A stretch of DNA of 64,000 bases from Methanothermococcus sp. SCGC AD-155-E23 (lineage in GTDB: Archaea; AGJL01; Methanococci; Methanococcales; Methanococcaceae), in NCBI GenBank assembly GCA_019561615.1, contig JAHEQA010000029.1:1-64000 (forward strand), written 5' to 3'. Below the pieces are notes generated by a model. It saw only the letters and a program-made list of their open reading frames with translations, was not told the origin of the DNA and made no database searches. Positions 54,320-64,000 of this stretch are shown here, piece after piece. Position 1 is the first letter of the stretch. Every line of letters begins with the position of its first letter. A program made the position numbers and the translations under genes.

Positions 54320-54340
54320 TAAAAAATTAGGTGGCCATTA

Positions 54341-55570
54341 ATGAACATCTTAGATGTTTGTCCAGGTCCAGTTTATCCTCCAATTTCTGGAGGGGTATTA
54401 AGAGTACATTATTTAAATTTAATGGCAGCCAATTATGGTCATAATATATATTTATTTACACAAGATATTCGCAATATTAACGAGATTAGAAGAATAAATT
54501 TTATAAAAAAGATTCCTGTCAATAATAACTATATAGAATATAGATACATAAATCTATTTTCTTTAATGGTTAATTATATTACTGTCTCTCTTGGAGCTGC
54601 CAAAATTTTTACAGGAAATATCTTAGATATTTTCAAACCTCAAACTCTTTATAAACTTATGCAAAAATGTGACATTATTAAGGTTGAAACCCCTTGGCAA
54701 TTTAGACATATTTTTAATAATAAGCCAAAAGATATCCCTATTATCTTAGTTGAACATAACGCTGAATTTGATCGACTTAGAAATTGTAATGGTTCTTTAC
54801 TCCCAAAACCTATTAAAGGATGGCTAATAAACGTTGCTATTGGAAAAGAAAAATTTGCTGTAGAAAATGCCGATATTATCTTTACAGTCTCGGAAGAAGA
54901 TAAAAATAAACTACGAAAGAAGTATGGCATTAAAAAGTCAAAATTTTATGTGATACCTAATGGGGTGGATGTTTCAAGATTTACTATACCTACGCCTACA
55001 GAGAAAAACAAATATAAACGTCAAATAATAGGAGATTCGAATAAAAAAGTTATTCTTTTCGTAGGTTCTTTGTACTATCCTAATATTGAAGCTGTTAAAT
55101 TTATAATTAATAATATTGCTCCAGAGGTACTTAAACATTATAAAAATTGTCTATTTCTTATAGTAGGTAGTGTAGGAAATTACTTTAAAAACATAAATTT
55201 AAAGTTAAAAAATAAAAACATATTTATGACGGGATTGGTTGAGGACATCTTACCATATTTCAAAATGGCGGATATTGCGATAAATCCTATTATCTCTGGA
55301 AGTGGCACTAATATAAAATTACTTGAATATTTAGCATCAGGTATACCCACTATAACTACACCCTTTGGAGCAAGAGGTATAGATGTGGAACCTAATAAGC
55401 ATGTTATGATAAAAGATATTGAAGATTTTTCAGAAGGAATAATAGAACTTTTATTAAATGAGGATCTTCAAAAGAGATTAAGCATCAATGGAAGGAAGTT
55501 AGTTGAAGAGAAATATGACTGGAAAAAAATCTCCAAAGAGGAGCTTAAGATATTAAGTCAGTTGTTGTGA
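54341..55570 (+). CDS. Glycosyltransferase family 4
   Basis: EHNAE, PNGVD, GSGTNIKLLEY. Confidence 0.88.
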   Translation: MNILDVCPGPVYPPISGGVLRVHYLNLMAANYGHNIYLFTQDIRNINEIRRINFIKKIPVNNNYIEYRYINLFSLMVNYITVSLGAAKIFTGNILDIFKPQTLYKLMQKCDIIKVETPWQFRHIFNNKPKDIPIILVEHNAEFDRLRNCNGSLLPKPIKGWLINVAIGKEKFAVENADIIFTVSEEDKNKLRKKYGIKKSKFYVIPNGVDVSRFTIPTPTEKNKYKRQIIGDSNKKVILFVGSLYYPNIEAVKFIINNIAPEVLKHYKNCLFLIVGSVGNYFKNINLKLKNKNIFMTGLVEDILPYFKMADIAINPIISGSGTNIKLLEYLASGIPTITTPFGARGIDVEPNKHVMIKDIEDFSEGIIELLLNEDLQKRLSINGRKLVEEKYDWKKISKEELKILSQLL

Positions 55571-55620
55571 TTCTTATATAGTTTTGCAGGCGGTTTTTAA
55601 AAAGTAAATTTGGGGAGAAA

Positions 55621-57891
55621 ATGAAAATACTAAATCCATTTAAATTACAGAATTGGAAATTTAAAAAGTTTTTAGTGGTTATATTATTTTTTCAAATATC
55701 ACTCCTGGGGTTATTTATTTTTAATAATTTGGGAATAGATACTTTTATTATAAGGCCATTAATTGGATTTATCTATTTAACTTTTATACCTGGATATTTA
55801 TTACTAAGAATTTTAAAACTACATAATTTAGATACCATCGAAAGCCTCCTATATGCAGTAGGATTAAGTTTATTTTTAGATATGATAGTTGGATTTTTAA
55901 TAAACATGCTCTACCCTATTTTAGGAATAACAGGTAGACCAATAACAGAAATACCTATTGTTTTAACTATGATCCTAGTTGTAGGGATTTTATCTATTGT
56001 TGCATATATAAGGGATAAAGATTATGAAAATCCAGATTATATCTCACTTAAAGATATAATAAATCCTCAAGTATTGTTTTTAAGTCTAATTCCTTTTATG
56101 GCTATATTTGGAACATATCTAGTTAACTATCATGATAACAATATTTTACTCATAGTAATGATTATTGTCATTGCTTTAGTTAGTTTAATTGTTGGATTTA
56201 CAAATTGGATTAATGAAAAATATTTTCCCTATGCACTTTGGGTCATAGCTATTAGTTTAATATTGCATCAACAGTTAATTAGCCAAACTATTATAATAAA
56301 TGACTGTGTAGGAGAATTTTATTATGCTAAAAATGTGATATCCTTAGGGTATTGGCCATGGTATGAGTATGCTGAGGACATTTCTAATTTATTCCCAAGT
56401 ACTTATAATTCAGTTTTAAGTGTGACTGTACTACCTGCTGTGTTCCATTATATTACACATATTTCTTTAAATTGGATATACAAATTGATTTTGCCATTAT
56501 TCTACTCGTTACTTCCATTGTCTCTATATATATCTTTTAAGTATATTACAAATAATAAAAAACTTTTATTTCTCTCAACATTTTTATTTATATCAACAAC
56601 AGGATTTCTAAAAATACCTACTATTACAAAACAGTTACTTGCTCAATTATATGTTTTATTGTTAATAATTACTTTTTTAAACCCCAAAATAAAATCACAT
56701 ACTAGAATGTTATTATTATCTATCTTTAGTTTCTCATTAGTTGTATCGCATTATACAACTACATATCTAGTTATCCCATCTATAGTATTTATCTTACTAT
56801 TTTTTAAAGTTTGGAAATGGATTTTTCCACTTAGAAACAATATAATGGAAAAAGAATTAACAATAGTTTTAGGAATTCTTGTTATCTTTGCAATAAGCTG
56901 GTATATGTATACCTCACAGTCCATATCATTTAAGAGTTTTTTAGATTTTATTCAATCTCTTTGGACTTATGAAGTATTTGATATATATGAATCGAGATTA
57001 CTTTATACCGTAACTGTAAAACTATCCTCGGGCATTACGGATCATATAATTAAATTTCTTTATATGGTGTTATCTTTCTTTATTTTTATAGGATACGTGG
57101 ATAGATTAAATAGTGGTACAGTAAAAAAAGATTTAACAACCGGAAGATATATATTCATACTTGGATTTGGAGGCTTTTTACTTTTATTGCTTATACTAGC
57201 TATAGTATTACCATCAATTACATCATCCTTTGATACTGTAAGGTTGTATCAAACTTCGCTACTTATCCTGTCGATTTTTGCCATATTTGGTATTAAAAAA
57301 TTTGTAGATATATTAAATACCATATTAAAAAAATTAATGTGGGATATATCTCTAGATTATATAAAACTATCTTCTATATTTGTAATACTATTACTAATTT
57401 TTCCAGGGACTTCATTAGTTAGTGAGATAATAAACGATAATCCAAGATCTATTTCCCTAAGTAAAGAAAAAATCTTAAATAGCGGATCTATAAAATTTAA
57501 AATAAGTTATTTCCAGAGAGTTATACCAACTGAAAATATAATTTCTGGAAAGTGGATAGGAAAATACGGAGACAGTAACGATATATATAGATTTGATGTA
57601 GTGCAAGGTTATCCCTCTTTGCTATTATACGGTGACGTAAAAGGCAAGGTCTATTCTGTTGCAAAAGGGAGGATACTAGATAATGGAACTGTAGAGGTAT
57701 ACTATGATTTACCTAAGGATAACACAATTATGCAATTAACTTATCAGAATCTAGTATATGGTTTATATTGGACTTGGTACAATCCCCTCCAAACTTATAT
57801 CTTGTATAACCGTAGTGATGTAAAACCTATTATTGTAAATTCCTCGAAAATTTACGATAACGGAAAAAGTCAAGTATTATGGTATAATTAA
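55621..57891 (+). CDS. DUF2206-like polytopic membrane protein (possible GT-C fold)
   Basis: Many TM helices; FIPG, LYAVGLSL, YNSVLS, SHYTT; C-terminal KIYDNG. Confidence 0.75.
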   Translation: MKILNPFKLQNWKFKKFLVVILFFQISLLGLFIFNNLGIDTFIIRPLIGFIYLTFIPGYLLLRILKLHNLDTIESLLYAVGLSLFLDMIVGFLINMLYPILGITGRPITEIPIVLTMILVVGILSIVAYIRDKDYENPDYISLKDIINPQVLFLSLIPFMAIFGTYLVNYHDNNILLIVMIIVIALVSLIVGFTNWINEKYFPYALWVIAISLILHQQLISQTIIINDCVGEFYYAKNVISLGYWPWYEYAEDISNLFPSTYNSVLSVTVLPAVFHYITHISLNWIYKLILPLFYSLLPLSLYISFKYITNNKKLLFLSTFLFISTTGFLKIPTITKQLLAQLYVLLLIITFLNPKIKSHTRMLLLSIFSFSLVVSHYTTTYLVIPSIVFILLFFKVWKWIFPLRNNIMEKELTIVLGILVIFAISWYMYTSQSISFKSFLDFIQSLWTYEVFDIYESRLLYTVTVKLSSGITDHIIKFLYMVLSFFIFIGYVDRLNSGTVKKDLTTGRYIFILGFGGFLLLLLILAIVLPSITSSFDTVRLYQTSLLILSIFAIFGIKKFVDILNTILKKLMWDISLDYIKLSSIFVILLLIFPGTSLVSEIINDNPRSISLSKEKILNSGSIKFKISYFQRVIPTENIISGKWIGKYGDSNDIYRFDVVQGYPSLLLYGDVKGKVYSVAKGRILDNGTVEVYYDLPKDNTIMQLTYQNLVYGLYWTWYNPLQTYILYNRSDVKPIIVNSSKIYDNGKSQVLWYN

Positions 57892-57895
57892 TCCT

Positions 57896-58951
57896 CTAAA
57901 ATAGGTCTTTTCTGTGATATCTCCCAATAATACCATCCCATATACCCATATAGAAATACTTTAATAAATAGATCTTCTTTTTTAGAAAGATGAAATAGAT
58001 TAACCTTCTAAAATGTTCATAACTTAAAAACCACAGCAAGAGTATTAGGTAATTTAAAAAATTATTGTGTTTTTTGACAAAATAGACTCTATTCCTAGTC
58101 ATATAATAAATAACAGCAGGAGTATCATCCCCTCCAGAACTTGCAGAAACTTTATGCCATAAAATTGACTTTGTGGCACACAATAGTTTATATCCCAACT
58201 CCCTGCACCTTACACATAGATCGGTATCCTCATAGTAACAAAAGTATCTCTCATCAAATCCTTTTAACTTATACAGTACCTCACCTCTAATCAACATAGA
58301 ACATCCAGTTATATATTCACACTCTACTACGTTACACTTCTTTTTATCTTCTGTATAGTGCCAAGTTCTTCCCAACTTTATATCAACTCCACCACCGCCT
58401 AGGGCCCAGATAACATCATCCCTTCCATTGTAATCGTAATAGTATATCTTACTTCCAACTATTCCAATATTCTCATTACTTTCAGCCACCTTAACAAGTT
58501 CTATTAAGTAATTTCTATCTACTACTGTGTCGTTATTTAATAAACAGATATACTTCGGTTTAAGAACATCCAAGGCGAATCTAATACCGATGTTGTTTCC
58601 CCCTGCAAAACCGTAGTTATCTCTATTTTTTATTAATATCAACCTCTTATTTGAGGGCAATTCCTCGTATTTCTCTTTATCTTTAAAGTACCCTTTTTTT
58701 ACATCCTCTTCATCAATCTCAAATACTTCAATAGGTTTGTTCTCTTTTGAATACTTAAAAAACTTAGAGTTTACCTCTATCTCTCCTCTGCAGTATTCCT
58801 TTATTTTTTCTATGGATCCATCCTGGGAGTTGTTGTCTACAAGGATAATGTCGTAGTTGTAGTAATTTATTCTATAGAGAGATTCCAAACACTCGATTGT
58901 GTCCTTCCAGCCATTCCAGTTAAGGATGATTATTGAAACCCGAGGATGCAT
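57896..58951 (-). CDS. Glycosyltransferase family 2
   Basis: ILNWNG, VDNNS, NYGFAGGNN, LLNND, YYEDTD. Confidence 0.9.
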   Translation of the reverse strand: MHPRVSIIILNWNGWKDTIECLESLYRINYYNYDIILVDNNSQDGSIEKIKEYCRGEIEVNSKFFKYSKENKPIEVFEIDEEDVKKGYFKDKEKYEELPSNKRLILIKNRDNYGFAGGNNIGIRFALDVLKPKYICLLNNDTVVDRNYLIELVKVAESNENIGIVGSKIYYYDYNGRDDVIWALGGGGVDIKLGRTWHYTEDKKKCNVVECEYITGCSMLIRGEVLYKLKGFDERYFCYYEDTDLCVRCRELGYKLLCATKSILWHKVSASSGGDDTPAVIYYMTRNRVYFVKKHNNFLNYLILLLWFLSYEHFRRLIYFIFLKKKIYLLKYFYMGIWDGIIGRYHRKDLF

Positions 58952-58963
58952 AAATAGTTCACC

Positions 58964-59926
58964 TTATATACTTCCTAATAGTTCTCTTACACTCCTCTCA
59001 ACTGCCTGGTAGCTGTTCAGCCCTGGCTTCCACCCTTTACTCTTGGCTTTCTCTATGCTTAATCGCATAAATTTAACATCTCCTTTCCATCCCCGCCCTC
59101 CATCAACACCTCCTGTAAAATAAAACTCAGGATTTAAATTCATAGCCTTGCTAACTATCTCTGCTATTTCTTTAACTGTAATCCAGTCTTCACTTCCTAG
59201 ATTATAGATATCATAGATTTTTTCTTCTTCTTTAAACTTCTCTAAAAGATAGAGCATTGCATCAACTGTATCGCTAACATGGAGATAACTTTTTCTCTGT
59301 GTCCCATCTCCAAGGATCTCTAACCTTTCAGGAGTTTTCCTGAGTTTGTTAATAAAATCGTATATTACTCCGTGATTCAATCTTTCTCCTATGATGTTGG
59401 CCAGTCTAAAAATGAGAGATTTAATACCAAAGGTATGGGCATATCCACTTATTAATGCCTCAACTGCTAATTTAACACCACCGTAAACACTTATTGGTTC
59501 TAGTGGGGAGTAATCCTCAGGAGTTGGAATAATCTTAGCGTCTCCATAAACAGTTGAAGAAGAGGTAAAAACAAGATATTTCACATTTTCTTTTCTCATA
59601 GCCTCCAGGAGATTGTAGGTTATTAAAACATTAGTTTCATACAGGAGTTCTGGACTCTGGGTACCAATTCTAACTTCTGGATTCGCAGCCAGGTGAAAAA
59701 CAATATCAATATCCTTTACACATTCCAATACAATCTTGGGATCTCTCATATCCCCTTTAATAAATTCGAAGTTCTTGTTATCTAGCCATTTTTCAATGTT
59801 TTTTAAACTTCCAGCACTTAAGTCATCAATAACTCTAACTTTATATCCCCTTTCCATTAATCTATCAACTAAATGAGAACCTATAAATCCAGCACCACCA
59901 GTTACCAGAACCTTCATTATTCCCAC
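58964..59926 (-). CDS. NAD-dependent epimerase (UDP-glucose 4-epimerase-like)
   Basis: TGGAGFIGSH, SSSTVYG, YGGVK (YxxxK). Confidence 0.9.
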   Translation of the reverse strand: MGIMKVLVTGGAGFIGSHLVDRLMERGYKVRVIDDLSAGSLKNIEKWLDNKNFEFIKGDMRDPKIVLECVKDIDIVFHLAANPEVRIGTQSPELLYETNVLITYNLLEAMRKENVKYLVFTSSSTVYGDAKIIPTPEDYSPLEPISVYGGVKLAVEALISGYAHTFGIKSLIFRLANIIGERLNHGVIYDFINKLRKTPERLEILGDGTQRKSYLHVSDTVDAMLYLLEKFKEEEKIYDIYNLGSEDWITVKEIAEIVSKAMNLNPEFYFTGGVDGGRGWKGDVKFMRLSIEKAKSKGWKPGLNSYQAVERSVRELLGSI

Positions 59927-59946
59927 CTACTAGACAAGAAAATATC

Positions 59947-60951
59947 CTAATCTCCTCTTTGTATCTTTGCATGCCCTCCAACAAGACTCTTTTTAAGTTC
60001 CAAATTTCTAATTTCACATTTCTTGTCAATTATAGAGCGCCAAATCGTCGAATTTCTGATTACAGTATTTTTAAAGATTATAGAATCACTTATATCGGAG
60101 TTTTCTATGATACATCCCTCGCCGATATAGGCGTAAGGTCCAATTATCGATCTTCCAAGGATCTTTGCACCCTTCCTTATAACTACCGGAGGAATTATTT
60201 TTGAATAGGGGCTAATCTGAATCTCTTCAATATGGCTCTCCTTTAATAAAGTTTTCATAGCTTCCAGATAACTATCAGATGATCCAATATCATACCAGTA
60301 ATTATCAAAAGGATATGCATGAATTTCTATCCCTTTGGAAAGGAGCCATTGTACAAAATATCCTGGAGAGTCTTTACTATTTTCATTTAAGTATTCTGGA
60401 ATAAGATCTATAACTTCCTTTGGGAATATGTAAATCCCCGTACTTACCCATGTTGACTTTGGTTTTACAGGTTTTTCCTCAAAATCTACAATCTTTTCAT
60501 TCTCTAAGAGTACAACACCGTAACGTTTAGCCAACTCAAAATCACCAACATCATAAACAGCTATTAGTGGTTTTCCATTGTATTTACTTAAAAAATCTTT
60601 TAGACTAAAAGAGAAGAGATTGTCCCCAGCTATAATAAGATAATCATCTGTCCCCAGTTTTTTAACAACCTCGTCCAGAGCTCCAATGGTGCCAAGTTTT
60701 TCATCTTCACAGAGGGTTTCTTCAATTAAAAGAGTAACACCCTTGTCTTCTGCCCATTTTTTAAATTGAGAGGCAAAAAACCTATTGGTTGAGAGATAGA
60801 CCTCTAAATCCAGTTCCTCTGTCTTTTCAAGAATGTAGTCAATGATTAATTTATTACCAACTGGGAGTAGGGGCTTAGGATTGTCCTTTGTTATAGGCCA
60901 TAGACGGGTAGCATAACCCCCAGCCATAATCACTACTTTCATATATATCAC
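59947..60951 (-). CDS. Sugar-phosphate nucleotidyltransferase
   Basis: MAGGYATRLWP, PKPLLP, EEKP, WYDIG; C-terminal hexapeptide repeats. Confidence 0.9.
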   Translation of the reverse strand: MIYMKVVIMAGGYATRLWPITKDNPKPLLPVGNKLIIDYILEKTEELDLEVYLSTNRFFASQFKKWAEDKGVTLLIEETLCEDEKLGTIGALDEVVKKLGTDDYLIIAGDNLFSFSLKDFLSKYNGKPLIAVYDVGDFELAKRYGVVLLENEKIVDFEEKPVKPKSTWVSTGIYIFPKEVIDLIPEYLNENSKDSPGYFVQWLLSKGIEIHAYPFDNYWYDIGSSDSYLEAMKTLLKESHIEEIQISPYSKIIPPVVIRKGAKILGRSIIGPYAYIGEGCIIENSDISDSIIFKNTVIRNSTIWRSIIDKKCEIRNLELKKSLVGGHAKIQRGD

Positions 60952-61031
60952 TATATTACATCTTTAAAGAAAAAATAAGATTAGAAAATATTTAAAATTT
61001 ATGGAGAAAAATTAAAAAAAAAGATTTTTAA

Positions 61032-62333
61032 TTAAAATCTTGAGGAAACATAGTCTTTTACCATTCTAATAACAGCATCCATGTTTGCATAACTCCAACT
61101 TCCAAACCTTCCTATACTATCGATTCCAATCCTTTGTAAGTATTCAAATATCTTTGTCAGGTTATCTCTGTATTTTAGATCGTAGATTACATAAGCGTAT
61201 TTAAACTTATATAAAAATGTAAGTGTTATATCATCTTTATTTATAATTCCAAGTTTGTCAAGATCCTCTACAGTTTTTTCGACTATTTCGTTTTCACTCA
61301 TCTTACTAATCTCGTCTCCCTCTCTATAAGTTATCTCAGCGAGAATAGAGGATTTCCCATTAGGAGCAACATATGGAGAATAGTTAGAGGGAAAACTTAC
61401 TCTATGAGGTAAGATGTCCTTATCTGCAATATAGAGCCATGAAAAATCGTTGATCTTTGGTTTATCTACCCCAATACCTACTGTAATTATTGAATTAAAT
61501 TTAAGGTTCCTTACAGCGTCCATAACATCTTCTGGAACATTTAAGGTTTTTAAAAGTTCCTGTAACGGGATCGTTGATATCAACTTATCAAATTCAAGCT
61601 CTTCTTTGCCATTAGAGACTATCCATTTACCATCTTCCTTTTTTACTGATTTAACTTCAAAATTGGTAATAATTTTATCCTTGACATAGTCCTCTAAAGC
61701 TTTTATTAGGCTTTGAATTCCCCCAAATTTAGGATAGTAAAAATATAATTGATGGGTATATCCTTCAGTAGAGATACCAAGTGAAGACTTTATTATATCT
61801 TCAACAGGCGGCTGTGGAATACGTTCAACCCATACAGTACTAATCTGATCTAGTGGATACTTCCAGATTTTTTCGTTGTATGGTATAAGGTATTTTTCTC
61901 CAATACCCTTCCCAAAAGTGTAGTAAAACCATTCTTTTAAATTAGTAGGTGGCTTTAATTCACCTTTCTCTTTTTTAAGTAAGTTTTGGATAAAATAATA
62001 TAGACATTCAAAGTTGTCCTGTTTTGGTAGGTCGGCTAAACCATTCTCAAAGGGATATTTAACATAACGACCCTTATAAAGTATTTTAGTGTTTCTTCTA
62101 TTTTTTACTACGTTATCTCCGAGTAAAGAAACCATAAAATTTAGAATTTCTTTGTCTTTTGAAAAGATTATATGGGATCCACCAACATCGAATGTGAAAC
62201 CATCTATATTCACTGATTTCATAAGTCCTCCACATTCTGATTCCTTCTCGAGGATTAAAAAGTCATATTCTTTTTGATTGAGATAGTAACCTAAAGAAAG
62301 CCCTGATAACCCACCACCAAGAATTCCTATCAT
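61032..62333 (-). CDS. FAD-dependent oxidoreductase (UDP-galactopyranose mutase / PPOX-like)
   Basis: GGGLSG, FDVGGSH, PYNEKIW, FYYPKFGG, YAYV, GRFGSWSYANMD. Confidence 0.75.
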   Translation of the reverse strand: MIGILGGGLSGLSLGYYLNQKEYDFLILEKESECGGLMKSVNIDGFTFDVGGSHIIFSKDKEILNFMVSLLGDNVVKNRRNTKILYKGRYVKYPFENGLADLPKQDNFECLYYFIQNLLKKEKGELKPPTNLKEWFYYTFGKGIGEKYLIPYNEKIWKYPLDQISTVWVERIPQPPVEDIIKSSLGISTEGYTHQLYFYYPKFGGIQSLIKALEDYVKDKIITNFEVKSVKKEDGKWIVSNGKEELEFDKLISTIPLQELLKTLNVPEDVMDAVRNLKFNSIITVGIGVDKPKINDFSWLYIADKDILPHRVSFPSNYSPYVAPNGKSSILAEITYREGDEISKMSENEIVEKTVEDLDKLGIINKDDITLTFLYKFKYAYVIYDLKYRDNLTKIFEYLQRIGIDSIGRFGSWSYANMDAVIRMVKDYVSSRF

Positions 62334-62337
62334 CTTT

Positions 62338-63540
62338 TCACCCTATATATCCATTATATCCTCTGAGTAATAGTTCATTAAACTGCTGGGTAGCTTCTTT
62401 CCAAGTTCGAGATTGTAGGTTGTTTATAGCATTTTCAGCAATCTTAAGTCTCTCTTCTGGGTGCTTTATATACCACATCACTTTTTTAACAAAATCCTGA
62501 GGATAACTTCTTACTAAGATTGCACAGTTTGGATCAAAAAAAGTACTAAAGCTTCCTTCATAAACTTCAATAACAGGACATCCACAAGCCATCATTTCTA
62601 AGGGCACTAATGATATGTTTGTGTATGAAAATACTATTCCAAAATCACTTTTTTGATATAATTTTCTTAATTCTTTTTTTGATGGTTTTCCTAGATTTTT
62701 ATATGGAACAGATATTGGGTATTTTACTTTTTTATTATTTCCAAAAAATAGTATCTCAACATTGTATCCTTCTTTTTTGACTCTTTTATATAACTCCTCT
62801 AGACACATTAATAAGAATACTGGACCTCTTTTTGGGTCATTTTTTAAATATACAATAATTCTGATTTTATCTTTATTTATGAATTTTTGTTTCCAGTTGT
62901 CTTCAGGCCAATACTCCTTCGGTTCAAATGGAAAAACAATGTCATCAACTTGAACTTTAAATGTACCTTCTATTCTAAGTTTGTTCCATGCCCCAAGAGA
63001 TATCATGTGATAACCCATTTTATAAGTATTTTCTACGAATACTTTAATATCTCCCCTAGGATAAAAATCTGGCTCGTAGTCTTGAACAAAGTACGCTTTA
63101 TATTTAACATTATCCATGTTCCAAAGGTAATATGCAGATACCCAATATGTTGCAACACCTACGTCATATTCAAATTCTGTAAGTCCTTCAGGTCCTAGAA
63201 TTTCTCCTTTATATCCTTTAAGGTTGTGTTCTGCATTTAACTTCATTTCTGATATTTTTTGTGGAAGGTATGAAATATAGTAAACTTCATGACCAAACTC
63301 TGAGAGATAAGTTCCCAATCTCAGTATAGAAGTATGACCCCCACTATATTTGGGCATTCCTGGTATTATAAATGCAATTGAAAGTTTCTTTTTTTTCGGT
63401 CTATGTGTTTTCTGATTAAAATCTTTTCTGTTTTCATCTAATAGGTCTACATCCTTAATAATCCTGTATTCCCTTAATGCATTTTTTAATCGATAATTCT
63501 GTAGATAGTTACCAACAATTTCTTTTACTATATTGATCAA
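62338..63540 (-). CDS. GT-B glycosyltransferase (WsaF-like)
   Basis: SGGHTSI, ATYWVSA, YFVQDYEPDFY, SLVPLEMMACG. Confidence 0.75.
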   Translation of the reverse strand: MINIVKEIVGNYLQNYRLKNALREYRIIKDVDLLDENRKDFNQKTHRPKKKKLSIAFIIPGMPKYSGGHTSILRLGTYLSEFGHEVYYISYLPQKISEMKLNAEHNLKGYKGEILGPEGLTEFEYDVGVATYWVSAYYLWNMDNVKYKAYFVQDYEPDFYPRGDIKVFVENTYKMGYHMISLGAWNKLRIEGTFKVQVDDIVFPFEPKEYWPEDNWKQKFINKDKIRIIVYLKNDPKRGPVFLLMCLEELYKRVKKEGYNVEILFFGNNKKVKYPISVPYKNLGKPSKKELRKLYQKSDFGIVFSYTNISLVPLEMMACGCPVIEVYEGSFSTFFDPNCAILVRSYPQDFVKKVMWYIKHPEERLKIAENAINNLQSRTWKEATQQFNELLLRGYNGYIG

Positions 63541-63551
63541 ACAGAATCACC

Positions 63552-64000
63552 TCAATTTTTATTATCTTGTATATATTTAATTTTTGGATTAAAAAAGACA
63601 GAGGTAAATGTAGCTTTTGTATTTATCCAGACAAACTTTAGTTTTCCTGTTTTTCGGTGTAAAATAATTTTAAGATTGGTATTTATAAGAGATCCAAAAA
63701 AATTCAGAATGTATCGAAAAATATTTTTTTTCTTTATTATATACAAATTATTTCTGATCCCATAAAAGTATTTCCATGCGTTTTCTTCACTATCAGTTAA
63801 AATGTTAACATAATAGTTATTCTTAGTTTTATGATAGACAATACTATCTTTTATATAGATTCCATAATACCCTTCATTCGATATTCGTTCTGTATATTCT
63901 ATATCATCTCCCCAAATAAAAAATTCCTTCATGGGAAGACCGACCTTTTTTATAGCTTCTCTGTTTATTAAGACTGAAACAAAAGAACATGCCTTTACAA
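63552..64000 (-). CDS. Glycosyltransferase family 2, GlfT1-like (5' part outside window)
   Basis: Frame is open to the window edge: VKACSFVSVLINREAIKKVGLPMKEFFIWGDDIEYTER. Confidence 0.8.
   Translation of the reverse strand, partial: VKACSFVSVLINREAIKKVGLPMKEFFIWGDDIEYTERISNEGYYGIYIKDSIVYHKTKNNYYVNILTDSEENAWKYFYGIRNNLYIIKKKNIFRYILNFFGSLINTNLKIILHRKTGKLKFVWINTKATFTSVFFNPKIKYIQDNKN

Noticed and set aside
1-64000. Selenoprotein UGA read-through or SECIS elements
   Set aside because: No gene appears truncated at an in-frame TGA and I found no convincing SECIS hairpin by eye.

Overview
This is a gene-dense archaeal chromosome segment. Gene content and protein style suggest a thermophilic Methanococcales methanogen (inference). 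Bases 1-51 kb are mostly housekeeping: sepF, argF, mtaB, secF/secD, purF, rfcL, ftsY, wecC, nhaP, bioF, taw1, coaBC, RaSEA, pyrF, hemD/hemC, alba, tfe, alaS, infB, leuA, ileS, trxR, trm1 and hel308. From about 51 kb to the end is an AT-rich glycosylation island. The most unusual feature is a ~780 bp non-coding, G-rich array at 15247-16028. It is a 419-bp tandem duplication built from three motif types at conserved spacings, and it contains a 37-bp segment between inverted repeats that lies in opposite orientations in the two copies. Other notable items: a probable internally deleted tnpB 3' end next to a three-gene pilus-type cluster, a solitary low-GC hypothetical gene, a SecD apparently missing its TM4 Asp, an unannotated 52-aa AbrB-family gene, a GT2 whose N-terminus lacks an in-frame canonical start, and a possible galactofuranose module. 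I saw no rRNA, tRNA or CRISPR array. Family assignments come from recognised motifs only; no database searches were run.
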